The position numbers were made by a program, and so were the translations under genes. A stretch of DNA of 64,000 bases from an uncultured archaeon (GTDB lineage: Archaea; Iainarchaeota; Iainarchaeia; Iainarchaeales; GCA-2688035). The stretch spans positions 101,472 to 165,471 of the forward strand of contig CAYHBD010000016.1 of the NCBI GenBank assembly GCA_964354805.1, in the 5' to 3' direction. Positions 37,431 to 46,059 of the stretch are shown here, in pieces. The notes under the pieces are model-generated. The model saw only the letters and a program-made list of their open reading frames with translations, was not told where the DNA came from and made no database searches. Position 1 is the stretch's first letter. Each line of letters opens with the position of its first letter.

Positions 37431-38120
37431 ATGGTTAAAGTACAGTATTTCGGCCACAGCTTCTTCAAGGTCAGCTTCCCGAGCAAAAACATCTTGTTCG
37501 ACCCGTACATTGAAAGCAAGGGCAGCGAACAGCATCTCAAAAGGCAGATTGAATGCGCTGCAAAAGCGCGCGATTTGAAGGACATTGCATTGATTCTGAT
37601 AAGCCACGAGCACTTCGACCACTTTGACAAGCAGCTTGTTGAAAAAATCGCGGCAAGGGACGGCTGTGCAATCGTTTCGGCCGAGCACCTGCTGCAGAAG
37701 CTGAATGTCTCAAAGCGATTGCTGCACCCGATTAAAATGAATGAAACAGCAACAGTAAGGGGCGTTGAAGTGAAGGCTGTTGCAGCCCATCACCCGCAGG
37801 CATTCTATCCGCTCGGCTTTTTGGTCAGCTGCAATGGAAAAAGCATTCTGCACGCTGGAGACACTGACCTGATTGACGATTTCAGCGAATTAAGCCCTGA
37901 TGTTGCGCTGCTTCCGATTGGCGGAGCAATGACAATGGACTGCGTTGATGCAGTAAGGGCAGTGAAAACAATGAAGCCACGCATCGCAATTCCAATGCAC
38001 TACAACACATTCAAAGTGATTGAACAGGATCCTGCAGAATTCAAGGCAAGGATTGACAAAAGCATCCTGAAAACAAAACCGGTAATACTCAAGCCAGGGC
38101 AAACGTTCACGCTGCGCTAA
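37431..38120 (+). CDS. MBL-fold metallo-hydrolase (UPF0173-like)
   Basis: GHSFF, SHEHFDHF, HAGDT, LLPIGG, PMHYNTF. Confidence 0.92.
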   Translation: MVKVQYFGHSFFKVSFPSKNILFDPYIESKGSEQHLKRQIECAAKARDLKDIALILISHEHFDHFDKQLVEKIAARDGCAIVSAEHLLQKLNVSKRLLHPIKMNETATVRGVEVKAVAAHHPQAFYPLGFLVSCNGKSILHAGDTDLIDDFSELSPDVALLPIGGAMTMDCVDAVRAVKTMKPRIAIPMHYNTFKVIEQDPAEFKARIDKSILKTKPVILKPGQTFTLR

Positions 38121-38181
38121 TGAAAACAGTTATAAGGAATTGAAAAAAATAGCGGAAATGCGAGTAACCTTTTTATGCCAT

Positions 38182-38658
38182 TCACGCTGTGCTGACGAAA
38201 ACAGCCACAAGGAACCATGCTATTATAAAGAAAGCGAAAAACGCTGCCAAGAGAACAAACGCGTTTCTGTACTTGATTGCCGCATTCTTTTGCCTGACAA
38301 CAGCTGCAACAAAAGACGCTACAACATACCAATAAATTAAATGTAGCACTAATGGCAAAAGCAGTTGTATGAAACTATCCGGGGTTAAAACATCTAACGC
38401 AGTCAGGGTTGGCAAATCTAAAATGAATAAAAAAAACATTAAAGGAAGATTGAATCCGCCATAAAGCAAAGAAACAAACACGGCATAGTACAGGGGAAAA
38501 AAGCTGAGCCCAAGATTTAATGCAAAGTGCACCGCGATTATTATAAAGAACAGTGCGATGGTTATTTTTCTCGGTTTCAAAAAATTTTTTATGTTTTCAT
38601 CGCTTAATGCTTTTTTAAAACCTGTCTTGCATGTTTCCCCCAACTTCATAATTTTCAT
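38182..38658 (-). CDS. Membrane protein, hypothetical
   Basis: Several hydrophobic segments. Confidence 0.6.
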   Translation of the reverse strand: MKIMKLGETCKTGFKKALSDENIKNFLKPRKITIALFFIIIAVHFALNLGLSFFPLYYAVFVSLLYGGFNLPLMFFLFILDLPTLTALDVLTPDSFIQLLLPLVLHLIYWYVVASFVAAVVRQKNAAIKYRNAFVLLAAFFAFFIIAWFLVAVFVSTA

Positions 38659-38661
38659 CCC

Positions 38662-38853
38662 TCATTTCCCTTCAGGGTAATATCTCCAGTTCACAAACCA
38701 CACGAGGAAAGCGAATACATCCAGCGCCAGAATTACGCCGGCACCAGCAAGCATTGCAAGATGCAGCAGTTCGTTCAAAACAAAATTGAACGCTGCATAA
38801 AACATTCCAGCAGCGATTGCCAGCAAAGCAAAAAATCCCTGAAAGAAACGCAT
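38662..38853 (-). CDS. Small two-TM membrane protein
   Basis: 63 aa hydrophobic, operon position. Confidence 0.55.
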   Translation of the reverse strand: MRFFQGFFALLAIAAGMFYAAFNFVLNELLHLAMLAGAGVILALDVFAFLVWFVNWRYYPEGK

Positions 38854-38878
38854 AACAATAACACGCCAAAGAAGTTTA

Positions 38879-39577
38879 TTAAGCTTCCCCTGCTTTCCTC
38901 AAATCATCAATTGTTCCAATATCCAAGCACTTCCCTTCGTACACAACAAACCCTGCTTTTTCATTTGCAGCGACTGCGTTGATTGAATCAGTCAGCTCGA
39001 ACTCGCCCCTCTGGCTCATCTTCGTTTTCTTGAGCGCGTCAAAAATTTTTTCAGTGAAAAGATAAGCGCCAGCATTCACCAAATCGCTTTCAATTCTGCC
39101 TTCCGGCTTTTCAACAATCTGTTGCAGGTTTTTTCCTGAAACAAGCGCAACCCCAAATCGCTCAGGACTCTGTTCCCTGCGCAATGCAATAACCGCATCA
39201 AAGCCCTTTGCCCTTGCCAGCTTTTTCCACAACAAAGGTTGAACAATCACATCACAGTAAGCAACAAAAAATCTTTTCCCGGTTTTCCCTTCAGCCTGCA
39301 GCAAAGCATGCGCTGTTCCCATTGCAATCCTCTGCCAGACATAGCTCAGCCTCATTTTGCCGAATTTTTTTCCAAAACGCTTTTCAACCTCTTCCCCCTT
39401 GAAACCAATTACAATCACTGCCTCGCGCACGCCTGCTTTCTGCAGTGATTCAAGAACATGCTGCAGCAGTGGCTTGCCCTTTAATTCAACCAGCGCCTTC
39501 GGCTTGTCGTTTGTAAGAGGCTTCATTCTCACCCCCTGGCCTGCCGCCAAAACAACTGCTTTCATCGCCTTATCCAC
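38879..39577 (-). CDS. Sugar-phosphate nucleotidyltransferase
   Basis: LAAGQGVRMKPLT..PK, VEKP, RGEFELTD, DIGT. Confidence 0.92.
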   Translation of the reverse strand: MDKAMKAVVLAAGQGVRMKPLTNDKPKALVELKGKPLLQHVLESLQKAGVREAVIVIGFKGEEVEKRFGKKFGKMRLSYVWQRIAMGTAHALLQAEGKTGKRFFVAYCDVIVQPLLWKKLARAKGFDAVIALRREQSPERFGVALVSGKNLQQIVEKPEGRIESDLVNAGAYLFTEKIFDALKKTKMSQRGEFELTDSINAVAANEKAGFVVYEGKCLDIGTIDDLRKAGEA

Positions 39578-40167
39578 CTTGCTTTCCCTGTTCTTTTTTT
39601 AATTCTCTTTTGTATTCTTGTTGTTTTTCTCAGGTGTGGTTGAAGGGGGACATTCAGTGGACCTTCAAGCACTTGAATGGAATCCCAAAGCATGTCGCTT
39701 TCCCTGCTGCTTGCGGTTTCCATTTGTTTTCGCAATAATGCGATCGCTTCTTTCTGTGATGGCCCTTCGTGTAAATAAGGTTGCAAAGTAAATTTATCAA
39801 CTTGCACTTTTCTGTCAAGTGCTTTTGGAGGTTTTGTAAAAAGTATGTCAAGTTTATTCCATAGTCCTATTGGGATTTGTTTTTTTTTGGACTCTGAGAA
39901 AAGCCTACTATATTTTAGGGCAACATTTTGGATGGCATTTTCGCAAAGCTGAGCAACCCCTACAAGCTGTTTGCCAATGCGGGAAAATTGTACAGGGTTA
40001 TAGTGTTGCATTCCCCCAGTAATGCTTCCAGAGCCAAGGTGATTAATTTCATAGACAGTCAAATTGTAAAGCTTGTTCCAATACAATTGTTCCGTTGCAC
40101 ACTGAACAAGGTCGCGCAGAATTTTTATTTGTTCTTTATTTAGTTTTTGCATACTGCCCACATTCAT
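39562..40167 (-). CDS. Basic hypothetical protein
   Basis: 201-codon ORF in an operon context. Confidence 0.6.
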   Translation of the reverse strand: MNVGSMQKLNKEQIKILRDLVQCATEQLYWNKLYNLTVYEINHLGSGSITGGMQHYNPVQFSRIGKQLVGVAQLCENAIQNVALKYSRLFSESKKKQIPIGLWNKLDILFTKPPKALDRKVQVDKFTLQPYLHEGPSQKEAIALLRKQMETASSRESDMLWDSIQVLEGPLNVPLQPHLRKTTRIQKRIKKRTGKARWIRR

Positions 40168-40170
40168 TTT

Positions 40171-40770
40171 CTAATCGACTTCCACTTGTTCCATTGCGGT
40201 AGCAATAATCTCATTTTTTATCCTTCTTATGCTCTTTTTTGACTTAATCAAAGCGCCGAATTGTTTTAATGCATCCCTTGGTTTTCGCCACTGATGCAAG
40301 CGAATTTCACCATCGGGTAAAACGCTTATAATGCACTCATCTTTGCCGTCTTTCATATTAATTCCCAACAACTTTTTTTTCAAATACTTTCGTCCAAATT
40401 TCAATTGCAATCCAAACCGTTGTTTTCAATCCAGGTTGGCGCCTTTTTTCATTGCTGTCTCCCTTCCCATTTCCAATAACGTGTCAATAACCATCCTCTT
40501 TTCCAAAGCACGCGCTATCGGCCAGAGATATCCTGCCCTCTTGTCAAACTCACCTGGGGTCATTCTATATTCCTTAATTATTTGCGACCTTAAGGGGGCA
40601 CCTGGCAGCTTCAACAGCAATTGAGCAATTGCTGCATCCCTTTGAAGCATCCTTCTGGTTGGGGGCAATTTGTAGCGCGGAATTCTCACCTCATAGAGCC
40701 CCCTTGCTTTGCTTTTCCGCATCACCCGCTTCTTTGCGCCACTTTTTCGTCTCCCAGGCATTTTCATCAT
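40171..40770 (-). pseudogene. Basic hypothetical gene split by one in-frame TGA (40426-40428), or two small genes
   Basis: ORFs 40426-40770 and 40171-40410 share a frame: GANLD*KQRFGLQLK. Confidence 0.5.
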
Positions 40771-40784
40771 TGCTTAAGCATCTC

Positions 40785-41693
40785 CTAAACTTCAATTTCC
40801 ATCAAGTCTTTTGCAACAACAACGTTTGCGAATTCCATGCGAGCCTCGTTTTCAACATCCTCGTTTTTTTTGTAGCGCGGTGAAATGTGCAATAGGACAA
40901 GTTTTTTTGCTTTTGTCTGCTCCGCTACCCATGCTGCCTGTTTTGCTGTTGAGTGCTTTGTTTCCTTTGCCCTTGAAATGTGCTTGTCCAGAAAGCTTGC
41001 CTCATGCACAAGCAAATCGCTTTCCATTATTGCGTCAAAGTAGCTGTCGCTGGGCAAAGTGTCCATTATGATTGAAATCTTTTTTCCCTTTTTTCCCTTG
41101 CTGTAATCCAGCACCTGCTCCGGCTTGAATGTTTTTCCCTTCACTTCCACGCTTTTGCCCTGCTGCAGCCTGCTCCACAATGGCCCTTCTGGAATTTCCA
41201 GCTGCACCGCTTTCTGCCTCTGGAATTCGGCAACCTTGTCATTCTCTTTGAACACATAGCCAATGCAAGGAATATCGTGCTTTAGCGGAACAGCGCTTAT
41301 TGTGAATTTTTCCCCCTTGAATGCAATGCCCCTGCCGACTTCCTTTACTGTGATTTCAAAGCTTTTCCGAAACATTGCAAAGTTCAGCACTTTCCTAATC
41401 TCTTTTTCAGTTCCCCTTGGCCCAATCACATAGAGCGGAGCGTCCCTGCCGTGCATTGACATTGTTGCAATCAATCCAGGCAGCCCGAGCACGTGGTCTG
41501 CGTGCCAGTGGCTCAGGAAAATCGCGCCAACCCTCATGTAACTCACGCCTGATTTCATCATCTGCCTCTGGGTTCCCTCTGGGCAGTCAAACAAAAGCGT
41601 GCTTCCTTCAAACTGCAGCGCTACCGCTGTCAGATTCCTCTCGACAGTGGGGTTTGAACAAGATGTTCCAAGAACAACCAATCTGATTGGCAT
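40785..41693 (-). CDS. rnz: Ribonuclease Z
   Basis: LGTS..PT.ERN, DCPEGTQRQ, SHWHADHVLG, HEASF, HST, HISPRY. Confidence 0.96.
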   Translation of the reverse strand: MPIRLVVLGTSCSNPTVERNLTAVALQFEGSTLLFDCPEGTQRQMMKSGVSYMRVGAIFLSHWHADHVLGLPGLIATMSMHGRDAPLYVIGPRGTEKEIRKVLNFAMFRKSFEITVKEVGRGIAFKGEKFTISAVPLKHDIPCIGYVFKENDKVAEFQRQKAVQLEIPEGPLWSRLQQGKSVEVKGKTFKPEQVLDYSKGKKGKKISIIMDTLPSDSYFDAIMESDLLVHEASFLDKHISRAKETKHSTAKQAAWVAEQTKAKKLVLLHISPRYKKNEDVENEARMEFANVVVAKDLMEIEV

Positions 41694-41746
41694 AATTTAA
41701 GTGTAATGAGAAATGTTTATTTATTAGTTTGCACTTGCATTATTCA

Positions 41747-42400
41747 ATGGATAGAAAAATTATTTTGCTTGTTTTGGTTGCCTGCCTTCTTTCAATGAAT
41801 GCATTTGCCAGCATGGCTATGCCTGTTCTCGGCGTGAACCATGAAACAAAAGAATGCGTTGAATTCTTTACTGGGGATGAATGCGTCTACTGTGAATTGC
41901 CATCAGGATGGAAAGCTTTAGGCGATTTTCGGGATGCCAATTGCCCTGAAGGCTACGCTGTGCTGGAGACTTTTTCCGTTGATTCTGTTTGCACAAGTGC
42001 AAAAATCGATTTCTGCTGCACTATTAACCACAGCGGCGCTGGCGGAGACTGCGAAGACCTTGTGGTAAACGACGTTGAAAAGAAATGTGCCTTTGTTGAA
42101 GACATTGCTGAATGTGAGAAACTTCCCGCTGGATGGCAGAGTGCTCCTATTGACGAATTTTTGGGCAGGCTCTGCCCTTCTTATGATTATGGATATGAGT
42201 GGCTTGAGGATTACCTTAAATGTGAACCCGCAGGCAACGGGGGCAATGGTGGAAATAGTGATGTCAATGGCAACGGGGGTAATGACGGAAACGGAAATGG
42301 CGGTTCTTCCGCCCAAGGCAGTGAAACAATGGTTTATGCGGCTGTCCTGCTTTTCATTTTAATAATTGGCATAATAGCATTCAAGAAATTCAGAAAATAA
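41747..42400 (+). CDS. Cys-rich secreted protein with G/N linker and C-terminal TM
   Basis: Signal peptide, two VN...C.F...C..LP.GW repeats, TM-KKFRK. Confidence 0.75.
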   Translation: MDRKIILLVLVACLLSMNAFASMAMPVLGVNHETKECVEFFTGDECVYCELPSGWKALGDFRDANCPEGYAVLETFSVDSVCTSAKIDFCCTINHSGAGGDCEDLVVNDVEKKCAFVEDIAECEKLPAGWQSAPIDEFLGRLCPSYDYGYEWLEDYLKCEPAGNGGNGGNSDVNGNGGNDGNGNGGSSAQGSETMVYAAVLLFILIIGIIAFKKFRK

Positions 42401-42474
42401 AAACAGCCAATGTAGCGTCTCCTTTTCAATTCCAAACCTTTTTTAATTCTTTTAATGTTTAATTAATTCTGTTT

Positions 42475-44454
42475 ATGCCCTCAAAGAAGCCTTTAGCACT
42501 GCGTGCAAAACCCTTGGGAAAACAGCCTTCGGCAAAAAGCTCGAAAGAATTCAAGAGCACTGCTGATGTGCCTGTTCCAAAGAGAATAGTTGACCAGGTG
42601 CTTGGCCAGGAGAAAAGCGTTGAATTGATTAAAAAAGCCGCAGCGCAAAAAAGAAATGTTCTGCTTATCGGCCAGCCCGGAACAGGAAAAAGCATGCTTG
42701 CCCAGGCAATGGCTGAAATCCTGCCGGTCAGCGAATTGCAGGATATCCTTGTTTACCCTAATGCTGCCGATCCAAACAATCCGAAGATTGTTTCTGTGAA
42801 AGCAGGCGAGGGCAAAAAGATTCTGCAGCAGCAGAGCCTTGAAGCCCAAAGAGAAGAAGATAACATGCGGCTGCTTGGAATGCTGCTGCCTTTCGGATGG
42901 CTTATTCTTGCAACAGTTATCTGGCAATTGGACTGGATTTCGGATGTAGTGTTTGCAGCCTTGCTTTTGTGCGGTTTCCTTCTTTTGCTCGGATTCGCTT
43001 TAGGAACACAGATGAAGACAAGGGAAACAAGGAAAACACCAAAACTGCTTATTGACAACGCAGGAAAGAAAACAGCGCCGTTCATTGAAGCAACAGGCAC
43101 GAGGGCAGGCGCTCTTCTTGGCGATGTGAGGCATGATCCGCTTCAAAGCGGCGGCTTGGGAACTCCCCCACATTTGAGGATTGAGCCAGGCATGATTCAC
43201 AGAGCGAGTGGCGGGGTATTGTTCATTGACGAGATTGCAACTCTTTCGCCGAAAGCCCAGCAGGAACTGCTTACTGCAATGCAGGAGAAGAAATACAGCA
43301 TTACTGGGCAGAGCGAGATGTCCTCTGGAGCAATGACGAGAACAGAGCCTGTTCCATGCGATTTTGTTTTGGTTGCGTCAGGAAACTACCTGGATTTGCG
43401 TAAAGTGCATCCAGCGCTGCGTTCGAGGATAAGGGGCTATGGTTACGAAGTTTATATGAATTTGGATATGCCTGACAATGAGGAGAACAGGCAAAAACTT
43501 GTGCAGTTTGTTGCACAAGAGGTTAAGAAGGATGCCAAGATTCCCGCATTCAGCATGGAATCGGTTAGTGAAATCCTTTTTGAGGCAAGGCGGAGAGCCG
43601 AGAGAAAGAACAAATTAACCTTGAAGCTGCGTGATTTGGGCGGCTTGATCAGGGCGGCTGGCGATATTGCGAAAGAGAAAGGGCATGCGCTTGTTTTGCC
43701 TGATGATATCGAGCAGGCAAAGTTCAGCGCAAAAACCCTGGAGCAGCAGATGGTTGACCAGTTTTTGGAGATAAAGAAAGACTATGAGGTCTATTTAACT
43801 GAAGGCTGTGCTGTCGGCAGAGTGAACGGCCTGGCTGTAAGCGGTGACGGTTCAGCAGGAATGATTCTGCCTATTGAAGCAGAGATGGCTCCTGCTGCAA
43901 GCAGGGCCGAGGGAAAGCTGATTGCAACAGGAAAGCTCGGGGAAATTGCAAAGGAAGCAGTGCAGAATGTAAGCGCTTTGGTCAAAAAGCTGAGCGGAAA
44001 GGACATAAGCAGGCACGATCTGCACATTCAGTTCCTTCAAACTTATGAGGGCGTGGAGGGTGACAGCGCTTCTGTCAGCGTTGCAGCAGCTGTTATAAGC
44101 GCTGCAGAAGAGATTCCGATAAAGCAGAGTGTTGCGATGACAGGCAGTTTAAGCGTTAGGGGAGAAGTTTTGCCTGTTGGGGGAGTTAGCGCAAAAATTG
44201 AGGCTGCGATAAAGGCTGGATTCAAGGAAGTGATTATTCCGAAAGCGAATATGCAGGACATTGTTCTGCCGGAAGAGGAATTGAGCAAAATTAAAGTGAT
44301 TCCTGTGGCAACATTGAACGAGGTATTAAAACATGCGTTTGTTGCCGGCAGCAAGACAAACGCCCTGCTGGGCAGCCTGAGGAAAATAATTAAATTGATG
44401 CCGACTGCAATTAAGGAAAAAATTGTAGAAGGCAGTAGCATTGCTGTTGATTAG
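42475..44454 (+). CDS. lonB: Archaeal membrane-bound Lon protease
   Basis: [17 protein letters not shown] hairpin, GDVRHDP, VEGDSAS. Confidence 0.97.
   Translation: MPSKKPLALRAKPLGKQPSAKSSKEFKSTADVPVPKRIVDQVLGQEKSVELIKKAAAQKRNVLLIGQPGTGKSMLAQAMAEILPVSELQDILVYPNAADPNNPKIVSVKAGEGKKILQQQSLEAQREEDNMRLLGMLLPFGWLILATVIWQLDWISDVVFAALLLCGFLLLLGFALGTQMKTRETRKTPKLLIDNAGKKTAPFIEATGTRAGALLGDVRHDPLQSGGLGTPPHLRIEPGMIHRASGGVLFIDEIATLSPKAQQELLTAMQEKKYSITGQSEMSSGAMTRTEPVPCDFVLVASGNYLDLRKVHPALRSRIRGYGYEVYMNLDMPDNEENRQKLVQFVAQEVKKDAKIPAFSMESVSEILFEARRRAERKNKLTLKLRDLGGLIRAAGDIAKEKGHALVLPDDIEQAKFSAKTLEQQMVDQFLEIKKDYEVYLTEGCAVGRVNGLAVSGDGSAGMILPIEAEMAPAASRAEGKLIATGKLGEIAKEAVQNVSALVKKLSGKDISRHDLHIQFLQTYEGVEGDSASVSVAAAVISAAEEIPIKQSVAMTGSLSVRGEVLPVGGVSAKIEAAIKAGFKEVIIPKANMQDIVLPEEELSKIKVIPVATLNEVLKHAFVAGSKTNALLGSLRKIIKLMPTAIKEKIVEGSSIAVD
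42487..42534. repeat. REP-like repeat, copy 4, inside the lonB 5' reading frame
   Basis: AAGCCTTTAGCAC-TGC-GTGCAAAACCCTTGGGAAAACAGCCTTCGGCA. Confidence 0.75.
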
Positions 44455-44477
44455 TTTTTGCTTTTGTTCTTTTTCTC

Positions 44478-45707
44478 TTACCCGTTTATCATTACTCTTC
44501 CGTTTGCTACGTTGAATTTTCCTTTGCCTACTTCCACTTCTTTGCTTGTTTTGTTGTCCTTGAATTGGATGCTTTTTTTCTTCCTGTCGATTGAATCAAC
44601 CTTGCCGAGGAAAGTGCCTTCAGCGCTGTAAATCGGCAAATCAAGCAGCAGCTTTGTTACCTTTCCCCTGATGTCCATTACCTCGCTCAGCCTGTATGCA
44701 ATCAGCAGCATTACAAAAGAGGAAAGGATTGAAAGCAGGAACCAGTTCAGGTCTGCCAGGCGCATGAAAACCAGTGTTGCAGCGTCCAAAATCCACCAGA
44801 GCAGAATAATGCCAATGCTCATTAAAATGTATTTCCTTAAAGTGAAAGCCCTGCGCAAGTGCACTGCATCAACGCATCTTGCAACAGCAACGCTTAATGC
44901 AGCCAAAAATATGTACAAATAGGTTGATTGAGTAATTGTAATCGCGTCCAGCAACGGCTCTGTTATCTGCATTCCACTGAAGGTGGTGTAAGCCGTATAA
45001 GCGCCGAATCCAAGGATAAACAAGGGGGCGATGTAGAAAGGAAAGCTGGGCCTCTGCACTGAAATGCTGCCAGTGATGTTTCTTACCCCCCTGAGCAATG
45101 GCTCTTCAATGTCAAGCGCTTTCATTAAAAGATAAATTCCCAGAACAAAGGAAATTATCTGCAGTGCCTGCCCTGGGCTGATTGTGCTGAATGCAAAAAA
45201 AGCCAAAAGCAAAACAGCGGGGATTCCGAAAACAATCCTCGCGATGTAAGGGTCCCTCAGGGCTTCCCTGATTGTAAAGAACGCCGACTCAATCTGCTGT
45301 GCCTGCTTTATTACAACTGTTTCCTTGCTCACAATCTTTGCCCTGCTCTGCAAAATAGGAATAACCTGGTCATCCTCCGCGCCGTCGGTAACAAGGACAA
45401 AACCGCTTGGATTGAACTTTTTCAAAACAGAATCAAGCTGTTCATTAATTATTTTATCACTCTTGAAGCCGCCTTTCCCATAGCCCGTTAAGGTAACAAG
45501 CTCGACCCTCTTGATTATTTTAACCAGTTCATCAAATTTTTTTACAGCAGCAAACATTGTGTTCGCATCAGCTTCACCAGGGTCAGCCAGAGCAAGCGCT
45601 GTGGCGGCTTTCAGATTGTCCTCTCTCCCAATCACAGGGCCCTTGATGCCTGTTTTTCTGCCCAAATCATTGTCCCTGTCAACGCAGACAATCAGCAAGT
45701 TATCCAT
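44478..45707 (-). CDS. DUF373 membrane protein with C-terminal PRC-barrel-like domain
   Basis: VCVDRDNDLG, DPGEADAN, VTDGAED; IYSAEGTFLGKV. Confidence 0.88.
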   Translation of the reverse strand: MDNLLIVCVDRDNDLGRKTGIKGPVIGREDNLKAATALALADPGEADANTMFAAVKKFDELVKIIKRVELVTLTGYGKGGFKSDKIINEQLDSVLKKFNPSGFVLVTDGAEDDQVIPILQSRAKIVSKETVVIKQAQQIESAFFTIREALRDPYIARIVFGIPAVLLLAFFAFSTISPGQALQIISFVLGIYLLMKALDIEEPLLRGVRNITGSISVQRPSFPFYIAPLFILGFGAYTAYTTFSGMQITEPLLDAITITQSTYLYIFLAALSVAVARCVDAVHLRRAFTLRKYILMSIGIILLWWILDAATLVFMRLADLNWFLLSILSSFVMLLIAYRLSEVMDIRGKVTKLLLDLPIYSAEGTFLGKVDSIDRKKKSIQFKDNKTSKEVEVGKGKFNVANGRVMING

Positions 45708-45806
45708 ACGCAAGCAACCTTCATTTTGGCCTGATTTTAACCAATTTCCAAAAAAACTATATTTATTCTACTTAATTAATTTATGCAAATAAAATGTATT
45801 AAAACC

Positions 45807-45900
45807 TATAGCAAAAAGCCTAATAATTGAACATTAAATTGCTTTTTGCATATAGCAAACTGCGATAAAAAGTTCAAAAAATATAAGCAGTTTGCTATAT
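45807..45900. repeat. Two abutting inverted repeats in an AT-rich intergenic region
   Basis: GCAAAAAGC/GCTTTTTGC and perfect ATATAGCAAACTGC/GCAGTTTGCTATAT. Confidence 0.8.
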
Positions 45901-46059
45901 TTAAAATCAGCCATTGGGTGCCAAACAAGCCAGATGCGGTTTTTTGGCAATCCGGCAAAAAGTGAAGGGTTAGATAATTTTAAATACAAGGTGAAGAATT
46001 AGATATAGTTAAGGTATCTAATCTGCATTTTAAAATAAATTAAATGGGGGCATTTGTTA

